This document shows positions 15,094 to 28,646 of a stretch of 64,000 bases of DNA, piece by piece. Where the stretch lies: assembly GCA_964016885.1 (NCBI GenBank), contig OZ024746.1:8432001-8496000 (forward strand), written 5' to 3'. The notes beneath the pieces were generated by a model. The model was not told the DNA's origin. It searched no databases and saw nothing but the letters and a program-made list of their open reading frames with translations. Each line of letters starts with the position of its first letter. The first letter of the stretch is position 1. Origin of the DNA: Eledone cirrhosa. Its lineage: Eukaryota. Both the position numbers and the translations under genes were made by a program.

Positions 15094-15483
15094 TATATTA
15101 ATAAAAGGAATTCCAACTTTGTCTGATTTACTCGTTTTATTTACAATCCTTTAAAATTATAATGGTATTAGAATGAAATAGTATGGCAGACTATTAAATG
15201 TTAAGTGTTAATTGAACAAGTACTTTCATGCTTTCGCAATCTTCAGGTTCATAATGTGTGGTGACAGGCAAGTTTGCAATTTTCAACTGTTGAAAATTGC
15301 AAACTTGACTGTCACCACACATTATGAACCTGAAGATTGCGAAAGCATGAACGTACTTGTTCAATTAACACTTAACATTTAATATTCTGCCATACTATTT
15401 CATTCTAATACCATTATAAATTTTAAAGGATTGTAAATAAAACGAGTAAATCAGACAAAGTTGGAATTCCTTTTATTAATATA
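15094..15483. mobile_element. About 390-bp near-perfect palindrome (centre 15288) carrying two hammerhead motifs; PLE pLTR-like
   Basis: Arms are reverse complements with few mismatches and one 1-bp indel; embedded in TA-rich microsatellite. Confidence 0.85.
15213..15251 (-). ncRNA. Minimal type I hammerhead ribozyme motif
   Basis: TGAAC-CTGAAGA-T-TGC(GAAA)GCA-T-GAAA-GTAC-TT-GTTCA: stem I TGAAC/GTTCA, stem II with GAAA tetraloop, palindromic AAGTACTT stem III, CUU cleavage triplet. The + strand mirror (15325-15363) has GAAA mutated to GAAC. Confidence 0.8.
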
Positions 15484-15586
15484 TATATATATATATATAC
15501 ATATATATATGTATATATAAACATATATATGTATATATATATATGTATACACACACATACACACACATATATATACACACATACAT

Positions 15587-15640
<54 letters not shown>

Positions 15641-15877
15641 GCATGTATATATGTACATATATAGATATATATATGCATCGAGGTCAACTTTGCTTTTCAT
15701 CTATTTAAGGTCGATAAAAAAAGTACCAGTCTAGTACAGGAGTCGATTCTTCCTCTATATCTCTTTCTTTCTACTTCCTTTCTCTCATTCACTATCCTTC
15801 TTGGTAAAAATCTACTGTATTCAGACCTGATGTGGAAATGGTCTCCGCCTAGAAACGCCGTATGTCAATTACGGGTC

Positions 15878-15944
<67 letters not shown>

Positions 15945-15951
<7 letters not shown>

Positions 15952-16226
15952 TTCAAAATATTAACAAAATAGATATTCTTTTGATCAAGTATATTTTATT
16001 ATACATATTTCAGAGGTACTGAGTTAACTTCAATAGTACGTCCTCATCAGATAAAACAAGTCATGACTGAATCTTAACCATCTACTATGTCAGGGTATCT
16101 CATGTATCATCTTGTTTTATCTGATGATGACGTACTGTTGAAGTTAACTCAGTACCTCTGAAATATGTATAATAAAATATACTTGCTCACAAGAATATCT
16201 ATTTTGTTAATATTTTGAATTAATAT
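15945..16226. mobile_element. Inverted repeat (about 115-bp arms, about 50-bp spacer) carrying a hammerhead in each arm
   Basis: ATTAATTCAAAATATTAACAAAATAGATATTC...CTCATCAGATAAAACAAG vs its reverse complement; abuts (TA)n. Confidence 0.8.
16115..16177 (+). ncRNA. Type I hammerhead motif (mirror copy on minus strand at 15994-16056)
   Basis: TTTTAT-CTGATGA-tgacGTACT..AGTACctct-GAAA-TATGTA-TA-ATAAAA; AUA triplet; stem I TTTTAT/ATAAAA. Confidence 0.7.
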
Positions 16227-16316
16227 TAATAACCCCGGAAAACCATAACTGTTGAGTGCTTCCAATCTATTGTAAAACTCATTCTTTGATTTATTAATTG
16301 AACATTGTTTAATCTT

Positions 16317-16395
<79 letters not shown>

Positions 16396-17000
16396 TAGTA
16401 ATAATAATAAATATGAAGACTAAAATCCAAAGAGGGCTCAAAAAGGATAAATATATGCCAAATATATAAGAACCCTAGAGCAAATATTTATTAAAATAAC
16501 AGATTAAAGTTTAAGCAAAGAATCGCTGCTTTCACCGTAAGCGGGATCTTCTGAAATATATATATTGTTATACTTGGGGAGGTTCATATTGTTGTAATAA
16601 TATTGCCAGAAATAATAACAGTACACACTCACTGTTTGGGTTGGTTTTCGTTTCTGTATCTTTTATATCTCCATAGTTAATTTATTTAGCAATCAATGTT
16701 TAGGTTTATGGTTGATTGACCAACGGTTAAAAATACAGATATAAATATATATCAAAGTTCTTTCGTCACACATCCGTGACATCATCAGTGGGACTATTAT
16801 GTTTCCTCCCGTTGTATTGTAATGCCTACGCCACACATACATATATATATATATTAAGGGTGAAAGCAGCGATTCTTTGCTTAAACTTTAATCTGTTATT
16901 TTAATAAATATTGGCTCTAGGGTACTTATATATTTGATATATATTTATCCTTATCGAGCCCTCTTTAGATTTTAGTCTTCACATTTATTATTATTACTAT
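16396..17000. mobile_element. Inverted pair of about 140-bp elements (16396-16556 and 16857-17000) enclosing a different element
   Basis: GAAGACTAAAATC...AGCAAAGAATCGCTGCTTTCACC vs GGTGAAAGCAGCGATTCTTTGCT...GATTTTAGTCTTC. Minus 16510-16556 reads TTT-CAGAAGA-TC-CCG(CTTA)CGG-T-GAAA-GCA..TGC-TT-AAA, a hammerhead with a U4>A change. Confidence 0.7.
16572..16833 (-). mobile_element. TA-inserted element with hammerhead motif (second copy 45011-45265)
   Basis: Minus 16752-16797 reads ATAGTCCCA-CTGATGA-T-GTCAC(GGATGT)GTGAC-GAAA-GAAC-TT-TGA. Confidence 0.7.
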
Positions 17001-17041
17001 ATATATAGATATATATATATATATAGTAATAATAATACACA

Positions 17042-17157
<116 letters not shown>

Positions 17158-17167
17158 TATATATATA

Positions 17168-17364
17168 TAGGAGCGAGTAGGACCCCGACGGCTGAGATCA
17201 AGCCGTTTCGACGGCTAATTCTGGACGCGTCCAGAATTAGCCGTCGAAACGGCTTGATCTCAGCCGTCGGAGTCCTACTCGTTCCTATTACCCACTCTAC
17301 TACCCTAAGTATTGAGTACTTTGGTGCGTTATTGTCCACCTGGTTTCTTACCACATTTCCTTCG

Positions 17365-17366
<2 letters not shown>
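17168..17366 (+). mobile_element. Hairpin element family H, copy 1 (palindrome centre 17227/8 plus about 80-bp tail)
   Basis: GTCGAAACGGCTTGATCTCAGCCGTC (hammerhead stem III plus GUC) and its inverted copy; flanked by (TA)n. Confidence 0.85.
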
Positions 17367-17399
<33 letters not shown>

Positions 17400-17527
17400 A
17401 TAGATTTATATTTTACTTATATATATATATATATATTTATATTTTACTTACTTATATATATATATATATATTTTATAGATATATATTTTACTTACTGTGG
17501 TTATCCCCGACTCAACCCGGGACCTAC

Positions 17528-17587
<60 letters not shown>

Positions 17588-17866
17588 AAATTAATCATTA
17601 TTATTTATGAATCTATCATCACTTAAGGGATACTTATATATAATCATTACCATTAAAAGGTAATAAATGCTATCGATAACCATAGTAGTAATAGTATTGA
17701 GCTTGAGAAATATAGATGAAAGTCATACTGTGATGTATCTATGGTCTGTGTATTGTTGTTTACTGGATGTTGGTTTTGTCTTATTTATTACAAGTTAACC
17801 ATTCAATGCCTCCACAGAGGAAATTGTCTATCATCTAGCATCTCTCGCTGTTGTCTGTTTGTCACT

Positions 17867-17925
<59 letters not shown>

Positions 17926-18059
17926 AGTATATATGTATATATATATATATATACATACACATACACATATACATATATACATATATATAATATATATATA
18001 TATGTATATAAGTATATATGTATATATATATTATATATATATATATCATATATTATTAT

Positions 18060-18116
<57 letters not shown>

Positions 18117-18328
18117 ATGTGTGTATATAAAAGTCATGAAAACAACATGCATGAAATTTTTATCCAAAAAAAAATGGCGTATGTTTACATCTTTATCATA
18201 AAATTCATGTCTTTATTGCGAAGACGTAAACACTCGCGTTTTTTACAAGAACATTTTCTGTCGCTTGATCACATGTTTTTAATATAAGTTGACTTGTGTG
18301 AAATCCCAGAACTTTTCTCGCCATGTAC

Positions 18329-18359
<31 letters not shown>

Positions 18360-18396
18360 TTATGTATATATATATATTGTATATATACATATATAT

Positions 18397-18553
18397 AACA
18401 CTGAAAGTATGGTAAGAAACCAGGTGGACTATAACGTACCAGAGTACTCGATACTTATGGTAGTGGAGGGGGTAATAAGAAAAGAGTGGAACTGTTCGAA
18501 TCTAGCTGTCGAAACGGCCGGAGCTTAGCCGTCGGCGCCTTCACTCTTTTCCT
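18397..18553 (-). mobile_element. Hairpin element family H, copy 2 (internally deleted)
   Basis: GGTAAGAAACCAGGTGGACTATAACGTACCAGAGTACTC...GTCGAAACGGCCGGAGCTTAGCCGTC, within (TA)n. Confidence 0.75.
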
Positions 18554-18574
18554 ATATATATATATATATAGAAA

Positions 18575-19207
18575 AAAAACGTTTTCCCACACGCCACCTA
18601 CATCCACAACACGCATAAACACCACACACACGTGCATACCACCACATATTTACACACTCAGCCTCCGGAATCCTCTCCCCCCAACCGCTGACCCCTCCCC
18701 ATCCACACACGCACACACACACACCGACCTACACCCCACCCCACACACACCGAACTACACCCCACCCCACACACACCTCTTCCTGAACATGCAACCCCGT
18801 TCTTCCCCCAACTCTTACTTTCACATACACACACGCACACACACACCTACACTTACACACACACACCACCTTCAGCCCTCCCCGCTCGAACACCCCGCCT
18901 CCCTCTCCCCACTCCACCCGCTACCACCCCTACACGCCCCACACCCTTCCACCACCTGTTTTACTTCATGTTTATTTTTATTTTTATTATGCTTTTATAT
19001 TTAATTTCATTTGTACCGTTTCCTCTCACCCCCTTTTTTCTATATGTCTCTCCACCACTCCCCTACACACCCTTGGAACTCTCTTCCCACACACTTTTTA
19101 CCTGAAGAAGGGCTTATGCCCGAAACGTCGTTCCCCACCACCACCCCACTCTCAAGAGCGTGAAACTAATAAACCTTTGCTCGTACTGCCTCTCTGTTTT
19201 GTTCCCG

Positions 19208-19210
<3 letters not shown>
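18575..19210 (+). mobile_element. Penelope-like 3' end: C/A-rich tract plus hammerhead-containing pLTR
   Basis: CCAC-rich low-complexity tract, then the hammerhead, then TTCCCCACCACCACCCCACTCTCAAGAGCGTGAAA..AATAAA, ending in (TA)n. The 3' part recurs at 34861-34940. Confidence 0.65.
19100..19131 (+). ncRNA. Minimal Penelope-type hammerhead ribozyme motif
   Basis: CTGAAGA-A-GGGC(TTAT)GCCC-GAAA-CG-TC: stem II of 4 bp, palindromic ACGT minimal stem III, GUC triplet. Stem I is reduced to about 2 bp. Confidence 0.75.
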
Positions 19211-19291
<81 letters not shown>

Positions 19292-20982
19292 CATATATAT
19301 GTGTGTGTGTTTATATGTATATATCTATGTATGTATGTATATATGTATGTATTGATTTCTGTGTACGCTAATAAGTTGTATTTATTTATGACTATTAATA
19401 TAGTCATCTAACATCTAAAGGCAAAGTCTTAATTCGAATAAAGAGTTTTCAAATTATCAGTTAATAAGTTTACACTTTACGTCTCCACCAATAACTGCCT
19501 TAAAGACAAACGGAAGACATTTTGTAGTTTTGTAGTTCTTCTCGATTGCCATCATCAATTTATTGTTTACTTACATCCCATTGAGACCAAAATATCGCCT
19601 AATACCGCCAAACTCTCTAAAACAAACAAAAAAATGAATAAGAACCCCCCACCAAAAAAAAAAAAAAAAGAAAACGACGAAGCTTCGTTTCATTTATGTG
19701 TCGTCTCTAAGCTGTCGTTAAAGGAGATCGAACAAAACATTATCGAGTTGAATTCTGAAGAGATGAGAATTTAATCAGACTAGAAATTCAGGAAATTAAT
19801 ATGTAACATCTTTTAACCATTCACCTCTCAAGTCTTCACAAACTTTCTCTGATTAAAAAGACAAAGAAGAGACAAAAACTGGAGTATAAGACGCATAAAA
19901 ACATATGTCTTCTTTTAGGCGTTGAAGTAGATTTCAAGAAGGATATATTTTACCACCACCTCTATAGACTTTAATTTTGTCAGGCCAAATAAAGATAATA
20001 AAGATACTCTTTCGTTGCCGCTCGACTTGCTAGAAATAGCAATCAACAATTTCAATTCAATCATCTTTACCATTTAAAAAAGAAAGAAAAAGGAAGGACT
20101 TGTTGAATCTAAAACTACAAGTTACATCACCCAGTCTCTGAGAAATGAAAACGTAATGTTTACGGTTCTCCAATACTTCGCACGAACGACTGTATATCTC
20201 TGTTATTATTTATGGCTCTCCAATACTTCACACGAACGACTGTATATCCTTTTATCAACGTGTAGCATTAGTTAACATTAGAAACTCGATACATTCACAA
20301 ATTTCTATTTAGAAAAGAAATTTCAGGGAAATTGAGATTTTTTTCTGGTGAAAAAAAAAAAAATCGGTCAATGTATTAAGTTTCCTATATTAGATTCTGA
20401 AAATTGATATTCTCATACTGAAGCCAACAGAGCTAATAGATGAACATGTTCGATTTTGTGAAGTCAAGCAACCAACTCTATATGTCACACTTATAAATAG
20501 CATAATGTAAATATTATAGCCCTGCACCTAGCTCTATATGGCCAGATAATGATTACATATTTACAATTGAGTAAAGTGAAAAGTAAATTTTGAGTATTCT
20601 TAGCATCACAATCAAACCTCATTGACTTGTTTATTTGGTCCTAAGCAGTGTTTGCCTCACACTTTATATATTGAACATCGAACTAACGAGAGTTAGGAAG
20701 TAAATTATTGGAGAGACAGTGAACCACCAAACTGCATTGGTTTGGTTCTGTAACACTTGATCATATAGTCGTAATTCCAGGGGTAAGGGTCATGCATGGA
20801 GACACCTTCCGTAAGAGAAGTATAGGAAATCCATAAAGCCCATAAAAGATGTGCTTTAGAATCAAGAATTGGACTGGGAGTAAGATGGTAGAAAACAACA
20901 TTGACTTATGACCAGGAAAAACAGACAGGAGATTGTCTTTATCTCTGCACATATGGACACTGTAAGACATGGATTTTGATTA

Positions 20983-21188
20983 CTGTATTTCCGGGCATAT
21001 AAAGTGCACGAGTGTATAAGGGTGCACCCAACTTTTAATTACTAGTTATTCTAAAGACCTATACATTTAGGCCTACCACAATACTAAAACTAACTTGTCA
21101 GTAACCTAAGCTTATCCAAAATCCGATCTTCATTATATAAGGCGCAGTGTGATTAAAAAAATCGCATGTTATATGCCGGTAATTGAAG
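20983..21188. mobile_element. Tigger/pogo-like MITE
   Basis: TA|CTGTATTTCCGGGCATATAA ... TTATATGCCGGTAATTGAAG|TA: imperfect TIRs with TA flanks. Confidence 0.55.
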
Positions 21189-22037
21189 TAGCACATGCCA
21201 TCAACATGTGATAGAGTATATTATAATATTTAGCAGAAGATTGGCTAACGTAGAGTAAATACATAATAATATATATACACACACATTAAACCTAAAGTGG
21301 TTTATCATATCATCAAACACTATAGATCATAATTTCTATGGAAACCTATAAGACACGGAGAGGGTGAAACTGGTATGCAGGGGTGACAGCTCGTCTTCCA
21401 CAAAAACACCTTGCCCGGGCTTATAGCGCGGAAGGGAACTTTCTAGGTGATGAGAGAATGGGATACCTCATCTGTGTTTCCACGTTTGTTTAATCAAAAA
21501 TAGGTCGTACAAGATTATACTAGGAGGGTCGAGGAAGACAGAATTCCTTTGAAAGATTGTCTGTCTAGAAGATGCCCTATGGTTGAGTGAGAATTTTGAA
21601 TGTGATCAAATAATATCTGATATAAAGGCGGCCTCTTTCAACCTCTTTTAATACCAACACCCAAAATAATATGGCTTCTGAAAGTAACTAACGTAAGTTT
21701 ACATCATCTTTATATTATTATAATATTTATATCATAAATATTATATATAGTGAAAGAAACAAAAATAAATTCAACAAAACATGTTTTAGCGATTGACACT
21801 TTAAGATGTTTGGTTTATTCTTCAAGGCGAAGTGCACAATAACACACATCATACACACACACATACACACACGCACATCGCACACATACACACATACACA
21901 CATCACACGCACGCACGCACATACACACTATCAATGAATCTGTCTATCTAACGATACACAATTTTTATGTAAAACCCCCGCCGTCACGTCTTGTAATGTC
22001 CCAATTCTTGTACGTCCTTGTGGCAAATAAAGAAAGA

Positions 22038-22140
<103 letters not shown>

Positions 22141-23507
22141 TTATTTGTTTATATCTCTCTCTTTTATACACACACATACACACACGCACACACACATACA
22201 CACACACACACATGGTCACCTAACTATCTTTTAATATGTGTAGCAATAGTAAAGTACCAGCCATCATGATATGTTACCAAACATTATCACGTTGAGTGAC
22301 GGATGATGTTTGGTTTAAGTCTATATTTATATTTCTTATATTTACTTAAAGATCTCATAGTTCACTCGAACAATTGTCATTTCAATATAAAAATGGAAAT
22401 ATGGAAAAAGAACACTATGACAAAGTTTAAGGAAAATATATTTATTGAATATTTTAGCTTTACTGTGAACAGAAATATTTGAAATGGGAAGTGAATTGTA
22501 AACAGCACCAAAACAGTTATGACATGTTCAGAAACGTACAGTCTAAAGCAAAGCTGTTTTAGCTGTGAAGTATAAATAATTCAACTGAAACTATTGACAG
22601 TCGATAAGTTCATGGCAATTGTTAATCTGTCACTCCAGACACCTAATAAGTATTTTTTCTCTCTAATACGTACATTTCCAATGTTTCTATTGAAAGCCAT
22701 GGTAGAAACTGGGGTGGCTTTTAACAGACAAAGTTTTCATATTCATCTTCTCTCACTTATGAGGAAAATGAAGTGAGCGGATGGTACAACGTCATATAAA
22801 ATAATTGCGAGTCAACTAGTAACACTATAGCTGTCATTCGACTTGCTAGAAATAGCAGCCAAATATTCCTGGATCTATACCCTGCTGTCTTCAAAAGAGG
22901 AAACGTTGAATAATGTAATCTTGGCGACACTATTACCGAAAGAAAGATACGAGCTAAACATGGCTTCAATGACTCAGACCAGATTGCTATACAATCGGGG
23001 CAACAACAATACACAAACATGTATTAGACAACTAAAGTGACCCCATTGGATCTCATGATCTACTAAAAACAGCAACAAAATCTCCAAGCTGAACCAACTG
23101 TAAATTCAGCTCTTGTCACCCTATAGCAGATATCACCGCTTTCCTGATGTTAACTTAAATAGAAGATTAACTTAGAATGAGATAACGACCAGAATCACTC
23201 GCAATTTCCAAAATTTCAATTAATTGATGTTATTGGAGTTATCTCAGATGCTAGCTTTTCTTACTGATTTTAAACACATCTAGAGAGGGATCTTCTCAGT
23301 TAATTCCTTGCATAATTCCAGTTTATCAAAGTTTTGAAGCTCACTGATGTCTTTCCTCTAAGTCATATTGTTAAATGGGATAACATTGAAATGCGGGATT
23401 CTGAAGGATTTGGAAGAGTGTTAAAGATGTATGTAATATTGTACACCAAATAATCCTTCTACTAGTCTTATCACTACCTAATTGTCTCCCGGCGGCATTC
23501 CTGCTTC

Positions 23508-23566
<59 letters not shown>

Positions 23567-23693
23567 GTATTTGTCCCCTTCTTTTGTGCCCCTGTGGCTA
23601 ATAAAGAAACATATCTATCTGTCTATTTATCTATCTGTCTATCTCTCATCATCACCGCCACCATCATCATCATCGTTATCGTTATCGTCATCG

Positions 23694-23833
23694 TCTTCTT
23701 CTTCTTCTTCTTCTTCTTCTTCTTCTTCTTCTTCTTCTTCTTCTTCTTCTTCTTCTTCTTCTTCTTCTTCTTCTTCTTCTTCTTCTTCTTCTTCTTCTTC
23801 TTCTTCTTCTTCTTCTTCTTCTTCTTCTTCTTC
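23694..23833. repeat. Perfect (CTT)n microsatellite
   Basis: Read directly. Confidence 0.95.
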
Positions 23834-23988
23834 AGTCTATCTATAGATTGACTGTTGACTGCACTCACACTCACACTCACACTCACACAGTCCTTCTCCA
23901 CCCTCACCATCATCTTAGTCACTCATCTCTAGTAATGTTTCAGCCTTAACTCACCAGCTTCTCTCTAACATTCCTTACCCTCTCACAC

Positions 23989-24070
<82 letters not shown>

Positions 24071-24298
24071 TCTCTCTCTCTCTCTGCCTGTCTCTCTGTC
24101 TTTCTACGTCTGTGACTCACTCACCGTCGGAGATTCTTGTCTAGTGAAGGTAAGGGGGTGTAACAAGATACCTCTTCACAGGTGTTCTAGTTGAGTTGCA
24201 AAGTAAAGTTTGGAAGTTGTGTGTTTCCTTTTCCAACAAACACACCCTTAACGATTATAGTCTGTTAGACTATGGGTGTGCTTGTTATGTGTTCATGT

Positions 24299-24362
<64 letters not shown>

Positions 24363-24436
24363 ACGAGATTGAGAGATATAATGCGTATGTATGTGAATAT
24401 AGTTACTTATATGTCTGTATGTATGTATATGCATAC

Positions 24437-24522
<86 letters not shown>

Positions 24523-24889
24523 GACTCTAGGATCCAACCATTGCGCAAATCTATCTATCTATTTAAACACAGACACATACATACACACACACATATATAT
24601 ATATGTGCGCGTGTGCGTGTGTGTGTGTGAGAGAGGGAGAGATAGAGAGAGTGTGTGTGAGTGTGTAAACCATATTACCAAGTAAGAAGACAGACAAAAC
24701 AGATCCTCCCACCAAAGTATTCTTCATTTTTCCAAACTTCCAAACTATTCCAAGTTCCGCCGCACATGCTGCACTACCTGTGATGTTGAATATCATTACT
24801 GAGTTATGTTAATTAAAATAACACCTCATTAGAACAGCAACAACTACACCACCACTTCTACCACCACCACCACCACCACCACCACCACC

Positions 24890-24921
<32 letters not shown>

Positions 24922-25283
24922 CAACAGCAACAGCAACACAAACAACAACAACAAACTCCTCTCTTGCCCTCCACCACCACTCCCAACACTCCAAGAAAAA
25001 CAAAGAGAAAATATTTTTTTCGTTTGTTTTTCGTTTTTAAATATGTTTTTCTTTTCCATTTCCTAAACAAGTAAATAATAATTTATTTACTCTCGGGTCT
25101 CGAATAATCGCCCCTCGCCCTCACACTTACCAATTTTTCAGATTTTTCCACCCCCAATTTTATCCCCAGCCCCGCTCATTAAATCTTGATAATCTATCTC
25201 AGGCGAAGTTTTATTTTAAGTGGTAGCATTCCCGTGACAATTCATTTTCTTTGGACATTAAAAAAAGATTATATATGACAAAA

Positions 25284-25558
25284 AGGCGGTGGTTTGGCAG
25301 TATCTGTAGAGCGTCAGACACCATGCTTTGCAGCATAGAGTTACGGCCCTTTGCGTTCTGAGTTCAAATCCACCGAGGTTAACTTTGCCTTTCATCCTTA
25401 CGAAGTCGATAAAATAAAGTACCAGTGATGCACTGGGGTAATCGCTGGCCTTGTGTCAAAAGTAGAAACTCAAGGGCGGTGGATTGGCAGTATCGGTAGA
25501 GGGTCGGGCGCCATGTTTTGCAGCATGGAGTTACGGCCCCTTACAGTCTGAGTTCAAA
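25284..25558 (+). mobile_element. OR1-like SINE, full copy plus 5' part of a second
   Basis: Two GGCGGTGG(T/A)TTGGCAGTATC heads with B boxes. Confidence 0.85.
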
Positions 25559-25713
25559 TGAAAGAAAAAAAAGTTTTTTTCTGCTACAGCCAACCATGCT
25601 TATACAACACACGTAAAAGATGTTTAGATCGAGTAATGACTGTGTTTGAAGCCTTTAAGTGAAGAAAGGACTAGGGGTCTCTATTTCCCGGTAGGCTTAC
25701 TATGCTCAGAAAC

Positions 25714-25763
<50 letters not shown>

Positions 25764-25879
25764 ACACACACATATCCGTTGATAACACCGAATGACAGAA
25801 TCCCGAATGTTATAACGGCGAATTGTAAAATATAAAAAAAACTTGACGATCTAGGAAAAACAATAAAGAAAAATGTTTT

Positions 25880-26472
25880 TAAAAGACATTTATTTATAGT
25901 CTGACTGATAAAATGTCAAGTCAGTGAATCATATTGATGACCTCCCCACAGCCCCGGCGGACAGAATGGAGAAGGCTTTCCCCGGAGGACGGCAAGGGAG
26001 ACGCGCTGGAAAAGCCATTCCAGCTCGCGAGGCTCACACTTGCGGCTGGCCAGCTCAGCGCCTATGGTAGTGAGTAGGGAGGTAGCCTTAGGGCCGAGGA
26101 CACCAGAAGTCTCCACTGCCAGGGGTACGACCGCAAACCTGTCGGATAGCGACCGGTATTTGAGGAGTTTGGCCCCCTCAGCCCGACGCGCAGCAGAACC
26201 TGGGTTAGTCGCAGACTGCCCCAGGTTGCGGCTGCAGAAAGTGTCGGTGCAAGTGGCATTCCAGACGAAGGGTTTGCCACCGCGGAGCGGGAAGATGGTC
26301 ATGCCATCTGGCCTTTTGCCATCCCCTCGGTCCAGTCCCACCGGCTTAAGCTGGGAAGGGAAGCCTGCAGCGTCCAAGCCATGCTTTATGACCTCGTTGA
26401 GGGCAGCATGGCGTGGAAGACGGCCGGCACTGTGGCGACAGGAAAGCGGATGGAGGCCGAAAGAGTCCACTT
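25880..26472 (-). mobile_element. 5'-truncated CRE-like non-LTR retrotransposon (Zn knuckle plus restriction-like endonuclease)
   Basis: HPLSC..GRLPRH..DGKRPDGMT..VWNATCTDT..AK..KY motif series typical of RLE-bearing LINEs; frameshift near the C-terminus; AATAAA in the 3' UTR. Confidence 0.8.
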
Positions 26473-27179
26473 GTAAATGTAGGATTTCTTTCATATTCGT
26501 ATTATTTATTTTAAAAATCTAAAAATCTGCGGCAAAAGCATATTTAATGTGTAACTGAAAAAGATGTAAATAAATGTCGATAAAGTATATAGAAGGTGTT
26601 CCGTTAGAAAAGGTACACGGAATCATATCCTCTGATGAGAACACAACAATTACTGAAATGCATAAAGATATGTTAGGATATATTATTCCGTGTAGCTGAA
26701 TCTGTTTACAGTACACTCTTTTCACAGCTAAGCTTCTAATTGAAAAAAAAAGGTTGTTCATATATGTACATTAAGTTTATCTTAAAACCTTCAAATATAC
26801 ATTCTGTTCTAGGACATACACACACACACACACATACTCACACGCACAGACACAGACACACACAAACGCACCACCCCCCACACACAGACACCTCCTCCAC
26901 ACCTTCAAAGTAAAGTTAACATGTGTCACTACTCTACTTAACATGTGGTAACACAAATAAGAAATCTAATTCCTGTTAACGATTCTCATGTTTTGGTCTA
27001 CCAAAAGTTCTTTGGAAACATCTGTTGCTTAGTAATTGTAAATTAATTAGAAAACCTCATCAGCCATGTTATTCTAATGCATTTTGTAAATCCCATACTG
27101 TCTATAATTAACTCAACTCTATATGGTATGGATACCATTACTCGAATTCCATTAAATCTTCGAATTATCCTTCCTTCTC

Positions 27180-27535
27180 ATCCCCGAGGGTCGGGGGTCA
27201 TGGACTTATGGACCAGCATTTTCCATCTTTTTTCTGTCTCTTGCCTTGTAAAGTTCATGACTCACAACCATACAGAGCTACCAGTGGACTTTGTAAGAGC
27301 TCTATCCTCCAAAGGCTGCCGAGTGTACTCAGGACTGTTCTTGCAGTTGCTAGTCTCGCCCTTATTTCCCAACTTACCTCTGTCGTCTGCTCAAGTATTG
27401 AACCAAGGTATTTCTCGACTTGTTCCAGCCTGGCACCATGGCATCGTATGTTAGTTTCTTCCTTCTGTCTAGTTGCTGCCATTACTTTTGTCTTTTTTGA
27501 TGTTGATCTCCAGACTATATTCCTTTGAACTTCTG
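27180..27535 (-). mobile_element. RTE-like LINE reverse transcriptase C-terminal fragment
   Basis: KKTKVM...LEQVEKYLGSIL...EIRARLATAR...LYGCES motif series. Confidence 0.75.
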
Positions 27536-28319
27536 TAAACTTTGTAAAATTCTGTAAAATCCAAGACAATCGTATCAAAGATTGGGCCAACGTGGCCATA
27601 CAGTCGCAAGTTTTGTTAGAAATCAAGCCCTACGAGATTGGATGTATTGCAAAACTGTAGTCTTGTATATACCGAAATACAATGTAGTGACGACTGGGGT
27701 TAAACAACAATAACAACAAAAACCCATATTATAAACCCATATTATATTTGAATTGTTTGTGAGCTCAGTGACAAATATTAATAAAAACGATAAGCCCATC
27801 GGGTCGGAATTTTAATGTTAAATCAGAGAGCCAGGACGTAATCATTCAATTTGCTAAAAATATTAACCCAAATCTTCCTCAAATCCCGTACCTACTTTCA
27901 TAAAAGAAGGACACATGAGAAAATGTAGTTATAACACCGCTAAATAAATGGCGGTATGTTCACGGCTTCAATGTCTTTGTTCAAAGTTGACATAGGGCTA
28001 AACGACAACTACAAGAACAACATCATTATTAAATGTTTAAGACAATAGGGTGTGAAATGATGGAAAATTAGCTGTTATTTCTAGGATATCCAACGATCAC
28101 ATAGAAGATCACCTGTTAGTGCTTCAGGACATAATGTATAATGAATAAACATTGTTATCTCTGATCGAGACGAAGTGATTTCTATTTGAATTCATATAAA
28201 AAAACTCATCGGTAGAACAGCTGTTAAAACAGTCAAATGCTATCAATGACACGATGTGCCTCAGAAGACAGAGACCAGTGACCAGTGGGCGGCAGAGAGA
28301 CAATCCACTTCGTGAATTG

Positions 28320-28646
28320 TTTCTCTGCTGACCAATAGCCATGATGTGGATTGCTTCTCTGCTGACTACTGGCCACCAGGTGGATTGCTTCTCTGCTGAC
28401 CACTGGCCACGAGGTGGATTGCTTCTCTGCTGACCACTGGCCACGAGGTGGATTGCTTCTCTGCTGACCACTGGCCACCAGGTGGATTGCCTCTCTGCTG
28501 ACCACTGGCCACCAGGTGGATTGCTTCTCTGCTGACCACTGGCCACGAGGTGGATTGCTTCTCTGCTGACCACTGGCCACCAGGTGGATTGCCTCTCTGC
28601 TGACCACTGGCCACGAGGTGGATTGCTTCTCTGCTGACCACTGGCT
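28320..28646. repeat. 34-bp GC-rich minisatellite, about 9 copies
   Basis: Unit GGTGGATTGC(T/C)TCTCTGCTGACCACTGGCCAC(C/G)A. Confidence 0.95.

Noticed and set aside
15810-15880. CTGATG...GAAAC..GTC hammerhead-like motif (related sequence at 54490-54565)
   Set aside because: The core is incomplete in both copies and stem I does not pair convincingly.
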